Below, one piece after another: positions 1 to 12,076 of a stretch of 64,000 nt of DNA. Numbering within the stretch: position 1 is the stretch's first letter; every line of letters begins with the position of its first letter. Under the pieces are notes generated by a model that did no database searches, was not told the origin of the DNA, and worked only from the letters and a program-made list of their open reading frames with translations. The DNA comes from an uncultured delta proteobacterium (GTDB lineage Bacteria; Myxococcota; Myxococcia; Myxococcales; Anaeromyxobacteraceae), in the NCBI GenBank assembly GCA_963845515.1, contig CAWJSR010000023.1:128001-192000 (forward strand), in the 5' to 3' direction. The position numbers and the translations under genes were made by a program.

Positions 1-1486
<1,486 letters not shown>

Positions 1487-1544
1487 CGCCGACGCGGCGC
1501 AGTGCCACCTTGACGCGCCGTCCCAACGGGAAGAATCGGTCGCG

Positions 1545-1829
1545 ATGCCCGACCAGCTCGCCCGCGTCCACCTCCTCGTCACCGGCCTCGTCCAGGGGGT
1601 CGCGTTCCGCCAGTCAGCGGTCTTCGAGGCGGAGCGGCTCGGGATCGACGGCTGGGTGAAGAACCTTCCCGACGGCCGCGTCGAGGCCGAGGCGGAGGGG
1701 GACCGCAGCAAGGTCGAGGTCTTCGCGCGCTGGTGCGAGCACGGGCCGCCGGGCGCAGCCGTCGAGTGGGTGGACACGACGTGGGGGCCGGCGTCGGGCG
1801 TGGCGACGGGGTTCCGGATCGTCAGGTGA
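1545..1829 (+). CDS. acyP: Acylphosphatase
   Basis: GLVQGVAFR and GWVKNLPDGRVE signature motifs, 94 aa. Confidence 0.93.
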   Translation: MPDQLARVHLLVTGLVQGVAFRQSAVFEAERLGIDGWVKNLPDGRVEAEAEGDRSKVEVFARWCEHGPPGAAVEWVDTTWGPASGVATGFRIVR

Positions 1830-1859
1830 CGTCCGAGCGGTCGCCGGCGCCCGGTCCGG

Positions 1860-2250
1860 TCAGCCCGCGATCACCTTGCCGACCCCCTTCGCCTCCAGCC
1901 ACTTGCGGACCCGCTCCCGCTGGTCCCCCTGCACGACGATCGCGTCGCCCTCCACCGCGCCGCCGCAGCCGAGCGTGCGCTTCAGCGCGTCGCTCCACGC
2001 GGCCAGCTCCTTCGGCGGCAGCGACAGCTTCTCGATCACCGTCGCCTCCTTGCCGCCGCGCCCCTTCCGCTCGAGCCGGACGACCGCGCGGGCGGGCGGC
2101 GGCCTCGGGGGCTTCGCCGCGGGCGCGGGGGGCGGCCGTGGGCGCCGGCGCGGACGGACGGCGGGCAGCCGCTCCGCGAGCTTCGCGAACGGGGAGTTGA
2201 ACGGCGGCCGCGGGTGCGGCGGGCGGGGGAGGGGTGTCGCGCTTGCCCAT
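1860..2250 (-). CDS. SUI1/YciH-family translation initiation factor (one apparent indel near the 5' end)
   Basis: Minus-strand frame reads RLERKGRGGKEATVIEKL...LKRTLGCGGAVEGDAIVVQGDQRERV to TGA at 1860; the ATG at 2250 is in a different frame. Confidence 0.8.
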
Positions 2251-2378
2251 GGGCGGGCGATCCTACACGCGCCCCCGCCTGCGCGGCCAAAGGATCCCGG
2301 TGGGGGGCCGGCGGCAAACCGTTGCTACGTGCGGCGTCCCGACGAAGCGCGGCTTATCTCTCCGTCCGAGGAGGAGTC

Positions 2379-2741
2379 ATGCACTACGTCGACGGTTTCG
2401 TCATGCCGGTGCCGAAGCGGTTCGTCCCGCAGTACCTCAAGATCGCGAAGAAGGCCGCGCGCATCTTCAAGGAGAACGGCGCGCTCGAGGACCACGAGTG
2501 CGTGGCGGACGATCTGAAGGTCCCGCCGGGCATGGCGTCGCCCTTCCCGAAGCTCACGAAGGCGAAGCGCGGCGAGACGGTGATCTTCTCGTGGATCACC
2601 TTCAAGTCCCGCCAGCACCGGGATCGGGTGAACGCCAAGGTGATGAAGGATCCGCGAATGCTCAAGATGATGAAGGAGCCCATGCCGATGGATCCGAAGC
2701 GGATGGCCTACGGCGGCTTCAAGGTGAAGGTGGAGGCCTGA
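2379..2741 (+). CDS. DUF1428 (YbaA-like) protein
   Basis: MHYVDGFVMPVP...GETVIFSWI...RDRVNAKVMKDPR...MAYGGF; GAGGAG RBS before the ATG at 2379. Confidence 0.85.
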   Translation: MHYVDGFVMPVPKRFVPQYLKIAKKAARIFKENGALEDHECVADDLKVPPGMASPFPKLTKAKRGETVIFSWITFKSRQHRDRVNAKVMKDPRMLKMMKEPMPMDPKRMAYGGFKVKVEA

Positions 2742-2926
2742 GCCGGGGCGGCGGTCCGATCCCGGACTCCGCGCCGCCCCCCGGTGGAAGGGGGGATGAT
2801 CAGCGGTGGCTGCCTTGCGGCGGTTCGCGCAACCGTGCTACACGCCAGCCCTTTCCGCGGCTCTGCTCTCCTGCCGCGGGTCACGCAGCAAGGGCACTCG
2901 GCGGTTCGAACCCGCCGCCCGGCGAA

Positions 2927-5619
2927 ATGATGCGCGAAACTCCCGCGACCATCCCCGCGATCGACGAGCTCATCCTGTGCGCGCAGAAGCCCACCCGCTA
3001 CGTCGGCGGTGAGTTCGGCAGCGTGCAGAAGGACCTGGCCTCGGCGCGCGTCCGCTTCGCCCTCGGCTTCCCCGACGTCTACGAAGTCGGGATGTCGAAC
3101 CTCGGCTTCCGGCTCCTCTACCACGCGCTCAACGACCGGCCGGAGATCGCCTGCGAGCGGGTCTTCCTCCCATGGCCCGACCTCGAAGGGCTGCTGCGCG
3201 AGCGCGGCGTGCCGCTCTTCACCCTCGAGTCGCGCGCCGACGTGGGCGCGTTCGACATCCTGGGCATCTCGCTCCAGTTCGAGCTCTGCTACCCGAGCGC
3301 GCTCGCGCTCATCGACCTCGCCGGCATCCCGGTCCTCGCCAGGGATCGCGACGACCGGCACCCGCTCGTCATCGGCGGCGGTCCCTGCGCCTTCAACCCC
3401 GAGCCGGTCGCCGACTTCTTCGACTGCTTCGCCATCGGCGAGGGCGAGGAGCTCGCGCTCGAGATCGCCGACGCGGTGGCCCAGAGCGGCTTCCGGAACG
3501 GCGGCGCGTCGCGCGGGGAGCTGCTGGAGCGGCTCGCGCGGATCCCGGGCGTATACGTCCCGAGCTTCTTCCGCCCCCGCTACGACCCCGCCACGCGGGC
3601 GCTCGCCGCGATGGAGCCGCTCCTGCCGGGCTACGAGAAGGCGACGCGCCGGCTCATCGCCGACATCGACCGGCTCCCGACCTCCGCCTACGACCGGCCG
3701 ATCGTCCCGTTCATGTCGACGATCCACGATCGGCTCCCGGTCGAGATCCAGCGCGGCTGCACGCGCGGCTGCCGCTTCTGCCAGGTGGGGATGATCTCGC
3801 GCCCCACGCGGCAGCGGTCCCCGGCCCACGTGCTGCGGCTCGCCGAGTCCGGGCTCTCGCGCTCCGGCTGGGAGGAGGTCGGCTTCCTCTCGCTCTCCTC
3901 CGGCGACTACGCCTGCCTCAACCCGCTCATCGACGACTTCCTGGCGCGCTGGGAGGACGAGCGGGTGGCGCTCTCGCTCCCGTCGCTCCGGACCGAGACG
4001 ATGAGCGCGTCGCTCGCGGAGCGGATCGCCCGCGTCAGGAAGACCGGCTTCACGCTGGCGCCCGAGGCGGCGACCGACCGCCTGCGCGCGGTGATCAACA
4101 AGGGGAACGACGAGGAGGATCTCCTCGCGCGCGATCGAGTCGGTCTTCGCGAACGGCTGGTCGCTGCTGAAGCTCTACTTCATGATCGGGCTGCCGCACG
4201 AGACCGACGAGGACGTGGCGGCCATCGCGTCGCTCGCCCGCCGCAGCCTGGAGCGGGCGCGCCGGACCGCTGCGGGCGGCAAGGGCTCGGTCTCCATCAA
4301 CCTCGCCGCGAGCACCTTCGTCCCGAAGCCGCACACGCCCTTCCAGTGGGATCCGATGATCCTGCCCGAGGAGACGCGGCGGAGGCAGTCGATCGTGACT
4401 GCCGCGCTCGGCGGGAAGCACGGCGCCATCCACTGGAAGCCGCACGACTCGCGCCAGTCGGCCATCGAGGGGGCGCTCGCCACCGGCGATCGGCGCGCGG
4501 GGACTGCCGTGCTCGAGGCCTTCCGGCGCGGCCAGCGGCTCGACGGCTGGACCGAGTGGTTCCGCGAGCACGTCTGGCTCGATGCCTTCCAGGCGTGCGA
4601 GGCGGAGCACGGCGTCGGGATCGAGTTCTTCGCCCACCGCCGCCGGCCCTTCGACGAGGTCCTGCCCTGGGATCGGATCGACGTGGGGACGACGAAGGGC
4701 TTCCTCGTGAAGGAGCGGGAGCGGGCGAGCGAGCAGGCCGTGACTCCGGACTGCGTCCTCGACGCCTGCTCGGCCTGTGGCGTCTGCGACTTCAAGGAGG
4801 TGCAGAACCGGATCCAGACGCCGGAGGGGTACGTGCCGGCGCCCAGGCCGGTGCGTCGCGCGCCGACGCCGATACGCGAGCGCGTCCGGATCAGGTACGC
4901 GAAGCGCGGATCCCTCGTGGCCCTCTCGCACCTGGAGACCATGCACGCCATGCTCCGCGCCCTCCGGCGCGCCGGGCTGCCGCTCGCCTGGTCCCAGGGC
5001 TTCCATCCGAAGCCGAAGGTCTCCCTCGGGCCGGCCCTGCCGGTGGGGGTCCGGAGCGAGTGCGAGATGATCGACGTCGAGCTCTGCGGCGCCGCGGACG
5101 CGGCGGACGTGTGCGCGGCGGCTCGGACCGGAGCTGCCGGCTGGGCTGCCCCTCCTGGACGTCCAGCTGCTTCCGGCAGGCGCCGAGTCGATGCCGGCGG
5201 CGACCCGCGCCGTGCACTATCTAGCCGAGTTTACTGGGGAACACTGGACTGATGGGCGCGCTGGCGGAGCGCGTCGCCGCCTTCGCGGACAGCCCGAGAG
5301 TGGTGGTATCGCGCGAGAGCCCTGCAGGGGCGAAGACCCCCGGGGGGGCCAGAAGATCGCGGCGGCCAGGAAAAGAGAGATAGACTTGAAGGAAATCGTG
5401 ACCCACCTCGCCGTCGAAGGGCCGGGTAAGGTCGCGTTCAGTTTGAGGGCGGACCCGTCCGGAAGCGCGAGACCCAGCGAGGTGCTCGCGGCCGTTTTCG
5501 GTGACGGGGCAGGGGCGCCCGAGGGAGTGACGATCTTGAAGGAAGGCGTCAGCATCGCGAGGACGAACGCGGCCCATGGCAACGGCCAGCCGCGCGCGCC
5601 CCGCTACACCGACGCTTGA
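2927..5619 (+). CDS. B12-binding-domain radical SAM protein (TIGR03960-like) fused to a C-terminal TIGR03936/DUF2344-like domain; apparent indels near 4130 and 5130-5290
   Basis: KPTRYVGGE, FPDVYEVGMSNLG, RGCTRGCRFC (CX3CX2C), TGFTLAPEA, MIGLPHET, FVPKPHTPFQW, then SHLETM...GLPLAWSQGFHPKPK...ALPVG across three ORFs. Confidence 0.88.
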
Positions 5620-5835
5620 GAGTTCAACGCGCCCGGGCTGCGGCCGCCAACGACGCGGCCGCCCGGCGCAGGGGTTGAGAAGCTTGAGCAGTCGCTCGAC
5701 AGGCGTTCGTCCGAGCCCGGCACCGCCGGGAACCGGTCGATCGCGGCCTGCCACATGGGCCCTTCCTCCCCGTGCGCCGAGCCGGCGCCGCCCCGACGAC
5801 GGGCGGGCTGGCGGTCTGGGGAACGGGAGTCCCAC

Positions 5836-8244
5836 ATGGCGGGCAACAATATCCTGGTGATCAACGCGAGCGGCGCGGAGACGCGCGTCGCGCTGGTCGA
5901 GAACGGCACGATCCACGAGTACTACCTCGAGCGAAAGCGCGAGAAGGGGATCGTCGGCAACATCTACAAGGGGCGCGTGGTCCGGGTCCTCCCGGGCATG
6001 CAGGCCGCGTTCGTCGACATCGGCCTCGAGAAGGCCGCGTTCCTCTACGTCGGCGACGTCTACGGCGACCCGGACTTCTCGGAGGAGTTCGAGCTCACCG
6101 AGGGCGAGCACGCCGCCGAGACGCCAGACGTCCCGGACGAGCACGAGGCGGAGGAGGCCGAGGCGCGAGCCGCGCAGGCCGCCGCGCAGCCGGCGATCAC
6201 GCCTGCGCACGGCATCGACCTCGCGCTGACGCCGGTCCCGACGTCGGACGCCGGCGCTCCCGCCGCCGAAGGGTCCCTCTCCCCCTCGGGGGGAGAAGGT
6301 CAGGGCGAGGGGACGACTGCGCCTGAAGCCGCGGCCGCCGTCGAGCCCGCCGCAGCGCTGGCGGTCGAGCCGGCCGCAGCTCAGGCCGAGGAGCTTCCTC
6401 CTCCACGCCTCACGCCCATCCCGCTCACCAACGCCATCGGGAACCTGCCGGTCGGGGGCGTTCCTACCCTGATGGTGCCCGAGCTTCCGCCGATCGATGT
6501 GGATGCCGAAGGGGCGGCCGAGCCACAGGCCGAGGCGGCGCAGGACGCCGTCGCCGCTCAGCCGGGCGCCGAGCCGTCGACGGCGCCGGGCGACTCCGAG
6601 GCGGCCAAGGTGACGGTCAAGGCGCCGGAGGCGGCGCGCGAAGTCCGCGGCGACCGCGGCGACCGCGGCAAGCGCGACGGGCGGCACGGCAAGGAAGGGC
6701 GCGAGGGTCGCGACCGGGATCGTGGCGGCCGCAATGGGCACCGCGAGGAGCGCAAGCCCCGCGAGCCCAAGAACATCCAGGACCTGCTCAAGGAAGGGCA
6801 GGAGGTCATCGTCCAGGTCGCGAAGGATCCGATCGGGACCAAGGGCGCCCGCATCACGAGCCACATCTCGCTCCCGGGCCGTCACCTGGTCTTCATGCCG
6901 ACGGTGGACCACATCGGCATCTCCCGGCGCATCGACAAGGACGGCGAGCGGCGCCGGCTCCGCGAGATCGTGGACCGGATGCGCCCGGAGGGGACGGGCT
7001 TCATCGTCCGCACCGTCGCCGACGGCGTCGAGTCGCAGAAGCTCGAGGCGGACATCCGCTTCCTGATCAACGTCTGGAACGAGATCATCCGGACCAAGGA
7101 CAAGGTGGGGGCGCCCGCGCTGCTCCACGGCGACCTCGACCTGATCCTCCGCGCGACGCGCGACCTCTTCACGGCCGACATCCACAAGATGGTGATCGAC
7201 GACCGTGACGAGTTCGAGCGGATCCTCAAGTTCGTCAAGGACCAGGCGCCGCACCTCGAGAGCCAGATCGAGTTCTACCGCGGCGACGAGCCGATCTTCG
7301 ACGCGTTCGGGATCGAGCAGGAGCTGCGGCGCGCGAGCCAGCGCAAGGTGTGGCTCAAGTCCGGCGGCTACATCATCATGGACCAGGCGGAGGCGCTCAC
7401 CGCCATCGACGTCAACTCGGGACGCTACGTCGGGAAGAAGAACCTCGAGGAGACGATCACCAAGATCAACGTCGAGGCCGCCAAGGAGATCGTCTACCAG
7501 CTCCGGCTGCGCAACATCGGCGGCATCATCATCATCGACTTCATCGACATGGACAAACCCCAGAACCGGGAGAAGGTCTTCAAGTCCTTGCAGGAGGCGC
7601 TGGGGAGGGACAAGGCCAAGACCAACGTCCTCAAGATCTCCGAGCTGGGGCTCGTCGAGATGACGCGCAAGCGCGTGCGCGAGTCGGTGACCCGGATGCT
7701 CGCCGAGCCGTGCAGCTACTGCGAGGGCAAGGGGCACACCAAGTCGAAGATCACCGTCGCCTACGAGATCTTCCGCGAGATCCGGCGCGACTCACCGCAC
7801 TACCCAGAGCCGGTGCTCGTCGTCAACTGCCACCCGGAGGTCGCGCACATCCTCCAGGGCCCCGAGCGGGAGGAGCTGCGCTACCTGATGGATCGGTTCA
7901 ACAAGACGATCCAGGTGAAGCCGCAGCAGAACTACCACCAGGAGCAGTTCGACATCTACGGACGCCAGGAGCGCGGCGAGCAGGGCAAGGAGCCGGAGGC
8001 GGCCGAGCAGGGTCGCGGTGAGCAGGGTCGCAGCGAGCCGGCTCGCGAGCGGGACCAGGGGCGCGGGCGAGGTGGCCGCCAGCAGCGCGGCGGACGCGGC
8101 GGCGGCGGCGGAAGAGGCGGCGGCGAGCGCGGCGGACGCGGCGGGGATCAGTCCCGCGAGCACAAGGAAGGCCCGAAGGACGAGCCCAAGGGCGCCGGCA
8201 AGGAAGGCGCCAAGGACGAGCCGAAGGGCGCCGCGAACGAGTGA
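5836..8244 (+). CDS. Rne/Rng-family ribonuclease with a long acidic low-complexity insertion in the S1 domain
   Basis: GNIYKGRVVRVLPGMQAAFVDIG, VQVAKDPIGTKGAR, IDVNSG, QLRLRNIGGIIIIDFIDM, CSYCEG; GGGAG RBS before 5836. Confidence 0.95.
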   Translation: MAGNNILVINASGAETRVALVENGTIHEYYLERKREKGIVGNIYKGRVVRVLPGMQAAFVDIGLEKAAFLYVGDVYGDPDFSEEFELTEGEHAAETPDVPDEHEAEEAEARAAQAAAQPAITPAHGIDLALTPVPTSDAGAPAAEGSLSPSGGEGQGEGTTAPEAAAAVEPAAALAVEPAAAQAEELPPPRLTPIPLTNAIGNLPVGGVPTLMVPELPPIDVDAEGAAEPQAEAAQDAVAAQPGAEPSTAPGDSEAAKVTVKAPEAAREVRGDRGDRGKRDGRHGKEGREGRDRDRGGRNGHREERKPREPKNIQDLLKEGQEVIVQVAKDPIGTKGARITSHISLPGRHLVFMPTVDHIGISRRIDKDGERRRLREIVDRMRPEGTGFIVRTVADGVESQKLEADIRFLINVWNEIIRTKDKVGAPALLHGDLDLILRATRDLFTADIHKMVIDDRDEFERILKFVKDQAPHLESQIEFYRGDEPIFDAFGIEQELRRASQRKVWLKSGGYIIMDQAEALTAIDVNSGRYVGKKNLEETITKINVEAAKEIVYQLRLRNIGGIIIIDFIDMDKPQNREKVFKSLQEALGRDKAKTNVLKISELGLVEMTRKRVRESVTRMLAEPCSYCEGKGHTKSKITVAYEIFREIRRDSPHYPEPVLVVNCHPEVAHILQGPEREELRYLMDRFNKTIQVKPQQNYHQEQFDIYGRQERGEQGKEPEAAEQGRGEQGRSEPARERDQGRGRGGRQQRGGRGGGGGRGGGERGGRGGDQSREHKEGPKDEPKGAGKEGAKDEPKGAANE
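6275..6312 (-). repeat. REP-like palindromic element inside the RNase coding sequence (diverged, reverse copy)
   Basis: Reverse complement CCCCTCGCCCTGACCTTCTCCCCCCGAGGGGGAGAGGG has the same layout as the 42-bp repeats at 39800 and 40755. Confidence 0.65.
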
Positions 8245-8261
8245 CGGGACGGGAGGGGGCC

Positions 8262-9533
8262 ATGCCCGAGGTCGAGGGGCGCACACCCGGTGAGCGGCTC
8301 GAGCGGACGGTGCAGCTCGGGCGGGCCGGGGTCGCCTCCGCGCTGCGCATGCTGGAGGGGGAGAGCGTCCGCTTGCGGGCGATGGCGCTCACCTACACGA
8401 CGCTCTTCGCGCTCGTCCCGGCGCTGGTCGTCGCCTTCTCCGTCGTGCAGGCCTTCGCCGGGCAGGAGGGCGGGATCAGCGAGCGGATCCACGAGTTCCT
8501 GATCGACAACCTCGCGGTGGGCGCACGCTCGACGCTCGAGCCCTACCTCGACCAGTTCATCGCCAACGCCCACCTCGCCAGCGCCGGGCTCGTGGGCGGC
8601 GCGCTGCTCGTCTACTCCGGCATCAGCCTCATGTCCGACGTCGAGCGGGCGATAAACGACATCTGGTCGATCCGCCGTCGCCGCGCGATCCGCCAGCAGG
8701 TGATCATCTACTGGGTCGGCCTGACGCTGGGGCCGCTGCTCCTCGCGGCGTCCGTGATGGCGAGCCACACCGCGAGGACCTGGCTCGCTGGGAGCGGGGT
8801 GCGCTTCCTCGGGGGCGCGGCGGGCGTGCTCCTCACCTGCGCCTTCTTCACGGTCATCTACTTCATCGTGCCGGCGACCAAGGTGCAGCTCAAGGCCGCC
8901 GCCATCGGCGGCCTCGTCGCCGGCGCCACGTGGGAGGTCGCGAAGTGGGGCTACGCGATCTTCGTCGGCCGGAGCGTCCGGTACCACGCGATCTACGGCT
9001 CGGTCGCCGCGATCCCCATCTTCCTGCTCTGGCTGTACGTCTCCTGGACGCTCATGCTCTTCGGCGCCAAGGTGGCCTTCATCGTCCAGCACGCGTCGGC
9101 GCTCCTGCGCAAGCGGCCGGACGCGTCGGCGCACCGCAGCCGCGAGGTGCTGGCTGGCGAGGCGATGCTCCGGATCGCGCGCGCCTTCGATCGGGGCGAG
9201 CCGCCCCCCGCCGAGGACGAGATCGCCTCCGACGCGCAGGCGCTGGCGGAGGAGGTCGGGGAGGCGCTCGCGACGCTCCGCCAGGCGGGGCTCGTGACGT
9301 CGACTGACGCGGGGCTCGTCCCATCCCGCTCGCTCGACCGGATCACGCTGTTCGACGTCCGGACGGCCGTCACCGGCCCGGGACCTGAGGCTCCGGACGA
9401 CGCACGCGTCGGAAGGATCCTCAAGGAAGTCGAGGGCGAAGCGGCACGGCGCCTCTCCCAGGTCACCTTCAGGGAGTTGGCGGCGAGCGCGGGGGACCCG
9501 GACCGTGCCGGCGAAACGCGCCGGGGGCCGTAA
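8262..9533 (+). CDS. YihY/BrkB-family inner-membrane protein with C-terminal HTH-like region
   Basis: RAMALTYTTLFALVP, ERAINDIW, IYGSVAAIPIFLLWLYVSWTLMLFGA; several TM segments. Confidence 0.88.
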   Translation: MPEVEGRTPGERLERTVQLGRAGVASALRMLEGESVRLRAMALTYTTLFALVPALVVAFSVVQAFAGQEGGISERIHEFLIDNLAVGARSTLEPYLDQFIANAHLASAGLVGGALLVYSGISLMSDVERAINDIWSIRRRRAIRQQVIIYWVGLTLGPLLLAASVMASHTARTWLAGSGVRFLGGAAGVLLTCAFFTVIYFIVPATKVQLKAAAIGGLVAGATWEVAKWGYAIFVGRSVRYHAIYGSVAAIPIFLLWLYVSWTLMLFGAKVAFIVQHASALLRKRPDASAHRSREVLAGEAMLRIARAFDRGEPPPAEDEIASDAQALAEEVGEALATLRQAGLVTSTDAGLVPSRSLDRITLFDVRTAVTGPGPEAPDDARVGRILKEVEGEAARRLSQVTFRELAASAGDPDRAGETRRGP

Positions 9534-9618
9534 TAAGCGCTTCCAGGCGGGCCAGCGACCGACAGAACCGAGGCGTCCTTCGCCTGCCCGTCTGGGGTCG
9601 AGCTAGAACCCTTGCTGA

Positions 9619-9631
9619 TATCAAGGGGTTG
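9619..9631 (+). promoter_or_regulatory. IHF-binding consensus site upstream of the IHF gene
   Basis: TATCAAGGGGTTG matches WATCAANNNNTTR exactly and sits in the imperfect inverted repeat AACCCTTG...CAAGGGGTT. Confidence 0.55.
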
Positions 9632-9664
9632 GGCTAGGCTTTTCGCACTTCCCGGAGCGACCTG

Positions 9665-10009
9665 ATGCTGAAGTCAGACCTCATCAACATCCTCGTGGTC
9701 AAACGCGGGGTGACCCAGAAGCAGGCCGAGGCGACCGTCGAGACGATCTTCGACGCCATGAAGGACGCCCTCTGTCGCGGGGAGAACATCGAAATCCGCG
9801 GGCTTGGCGCATTCCACGTCAAGCACTACGACGGCTACCAGGGTCGTAACCCGAAGACCGGAGAGGTGATTCCGGTGAAGCCGAAGCGCGGCATCCTGTT
9901 CAGGACCGGCAAGGAGCTGCGCGACCGGGTGAACCGCCCGGAGCTCATCGGCACGGCCCTCCCCGACGATGACGACGACGATGACGATGACACCGACGAC
10001 GTCGAGTAG
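9665..10009 (+). CDS. ihfB: Integration host factor beta-like (HU/IHF family) protein with a poly-Asp tail
   Basis: MLKSDLI...IEIRGLGAF...GRNPKTGE...FRTGKELRDRVN. Confidence 0.85.
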   Translation: MLKSDLINILVVKRGVTQKQAEATVETIFDAMKDALCRGENIEIRGLGAFHVKHYDGYQGRNPKTGEVIPVKPKRGILFRTGKELRDRVNRPELIGTALPDDDDDDDDDTDDVE

Positions 10010-10072
10010 GAACACGGCGCGCGATCTCGGTTACGCGCCTCTAGCTGGTCCAGATCCCCACGATCCAGGTTC

Positions 10073-12076
10073 TCAGGCTGCCAGGCCGAGGCGCCCGACT
10101 GGCCTGATGTTCAGATCCGGCGGCAGCTCGTCGTAGGCCAGCACGACCACGTCGGGAGCGTGCGGCGCGAGCAGGTTTCGCAGCGCCCTCCGCAGGTCGG
10201 TCGCGGCGAGCACCACGGGACGGCGCCCGGCTCTCGCGGTGTCGAGCGCGCTCGCCAGCATCGCCACGACCTCCGGGTGGACGGCAGCGTGCTCGCCGTC
10301 GAGCGCCTCCCGCACGAGCGCCTCGGCGGCCGGATCCACGAGGAGCGCTTCGAGCGTCCCTCCCGAGGCCACGCGCTGGCCGATGTGGCGCCGCAGGGCC
10401 CGGCGGCAGGCCTCGGTGAGCGCCGGCGCGCCGCGCGCGGCACCGCCGGACTCCAGGATCGCCTCGATGATCGTCCTGAGCGGCCTGACGCTCACCCCCT
10501 CCTCGAGCAACCGGCGCAGGACCTCAGCCAGCACGTGCGGTGGGATCTGGCGCGTCGCCTCGCGGACGAGGGCGGGAGCTGCCGCCTCCAGCCCATCGAG
10601 GAGCACCTGCGTCTCCTGGATTCCGACGAGCAGGTGGGCCGCGGCGCGGAGCCCCCTGGCGGCCCCGACGAGCGCGCGCTGGATCGGATCGAACACCGGC
10701 CCGAGCGCGGCGGCCCGCTGCGCGTCGTCGGCTGACACCGAGCACCCTTCGTCCTCCTGCTCCGCGCGGATCCCGACCAGCGCGAGGTCGGACGGCGCCG
10801 CGAACGAGAGCACCTCCCATCGTGGCGCCCGCCCCGAAGCGACGGGGAGGTCGTCGACGAGGAGCGACCAGCCGCTGGCGGGAAGCGCCCCCTGCTGGAG
10901 AGCCACGGCGGCGAGAGGCAGGCCGATCTCCCGCTCGAACTCCTCCCGCAGCGCGGCGAGTGGCGCGCGCACGGCCGCGCCGCGGTCCTCGCGGGCGAGC
11001 GCGAGCAGGTCCACTCCGAGCTCGAGCGCCACGCGCGTCGGGACAGCAGGCTCCTCCAGCAGGGGAGTCGGCTCCGAGGAGGCGCGACCGGTGTCCACCC
11101 TCCGCGCTGCGCCGTGCGCGATCCTGTTGGCGCCGAAGGCTGCGCCCGCGGCCAGGCCGAGGAACGGAAGCGCCGGCATCCCCGGCGCCAGCGCAAGCCC
11201 CGTGAGCAGGACGGCCACCGCCGCCAGCGCCCGCGGATCCCCGGTGAGCTGCCCGAAGATCTCTCCGCCCAGCCCCGGGCCGTCCTCGTCGCCAGCCACG
11301 CGGGTCACCGCCACGGCCGCGCTCACGGCCACGAGGAGGGCCGGGACCTGGGAGACGAGGCCGTCGCCGATGGCGAGCAGCGCGTAGCGCCTGGCCGCGT
11401 CGGCGATCGGCATCCCGCGCAGCGCGCCGGTGATCAGCCCTCCCAGGACGTTGACGAGGACGATCGCGATTCCGGCCAGTGCGTCCCCCTTCACGAACTT
11501 GAGCGCACCGTCCATGGCCCCGTAGAGCTGGCTCTCGCGCTCCAGCGCGCGCCTCCGCCTGCGCGCCTCCACCGCGTCGAGGAAGCCCGCTCGCAGGTCC
11601 GCGTCGATCGCCATCTGCTTGCCCGGGAGGGCGTCTAGCGTGAAGCGCGCCGCCACCTCGGCCACGCGCTCCGCCCCCTTGGCCACCACGAGGAGCTGGA
11701 CGAGGGTCAGGATCGCGAAGACAACCGCGCCCACCACGTAGTTGCCCTGGACCACCACGCGACCGAAGGCCTCTATGACGCGCCCCGCCTCGCCGCGCCC
11801 CAGGACGAGCCGGGTGGAGCTGACGTTGAGCGCAAGCCGGAAGAGGGTGGTGAGGAGCAGGAGAGTCGGGAAGCTCGCGAACCGGAGCGCCTCCCGTGAG
11901 AACAGGGTGACGACGAGGATGGTCGCCGAGAGCGCCAGGTTGAGCGCCAGCCCAGCGTCGAGCAGCGCCGGGCCGAGCGGCATCACGAGGATCCCGACGA
12001 TCGATAGGACGGCGAGCGCGAACCAGAGCTCGCCAGCGGAGCGAAACCGGGCCGCGAGCGCGTCGAGGGCCGTCAC
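10073..12076 (-). CDS. sctV: T3SS export gate SctV (FlhA family)
   Basis: FPTLLLLTTLFRLALNVSSTR, GAERVAEVAARFTLDALPGKQMAIDADL, GAMDGALKFVKGDA, GDGLVSQVPALL. Confidence 0.93.
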   Translation of the reverse strand: MTALDALAARFRSAGELWFALAVLSIVGILVMPLGPALLDAGLALNLALSATILVVTLFSREALRFASFPTLLLLTTLFRLALNVSSTRLVLGRGEAGRVIEAFGRVVVQGNYVVGAVVFAILTLVQLLVVAKGAERVAEVAARFTLDALPGKQMAIDADLRAGFLDAVEARRRRRALERESQLYGAMDGALKFVKGDALAGIAIVLVNVLGGLITGALRGMPIADAARRYALLAIGDGLVSQVPALLVAVSAAVAVTRVAGDEDGPGLGGEIFGQLTGDPRALAAVAVLLTGLALAPGMPALPFLGLAAGAAFGANRIAHGAARRVDTGRASSEPTPLLEEPAVPTRVALELGVDLLALAREDRGAAVRAPLAALREEFEREIGLPLAAVALQQGALPASGWSLLVDDLPVASGRAPRWEVLSFAAPSDLALVGIRAEQEDEGCSVSADDAQRAAALGPVFDPIQRALVGAARGLRAAAHLLVGIQETQVLLDGLEAAAPALVREATRQIPPHVLAEVLRRLLEEGVSVRPLRTIIEAILESGGAARGAPALTEACRRALRRHIGQRVASGGTLEALLVDPAAEALVREALDGEHAAVHPEVVAMLASALDTARAGRRPVVLAATDLRRALRNLLAPHAPDVVVLAYDELPPDLNIRPVGRLGLAA

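Noticed and set aside
2742..2926. Cobalamin riboswitch upstream of the B12 radical SAM gene
   Set aside because: No B12 box or other conserved cobalamin-riboswitch core is seen; only generic hairpins and a possible promoter.
5620..5835. Structured ncRNA or RNase E autoregulatory leader
   Set aside because: GC-rich hairpins are possible, but I recognise no family motif and cannot support the call without covariance data.
5221..7737. Long antisense or alternate-frame ORFs (e.g. 838 aa opposite the RNase, 772 aa at 50154, 711 aa at 45376)
   Set aside because: These are shadow ORFs expected in high-GC DNA; they overlap well-supported genes and add no motifs beyond the real genes some of them contain.
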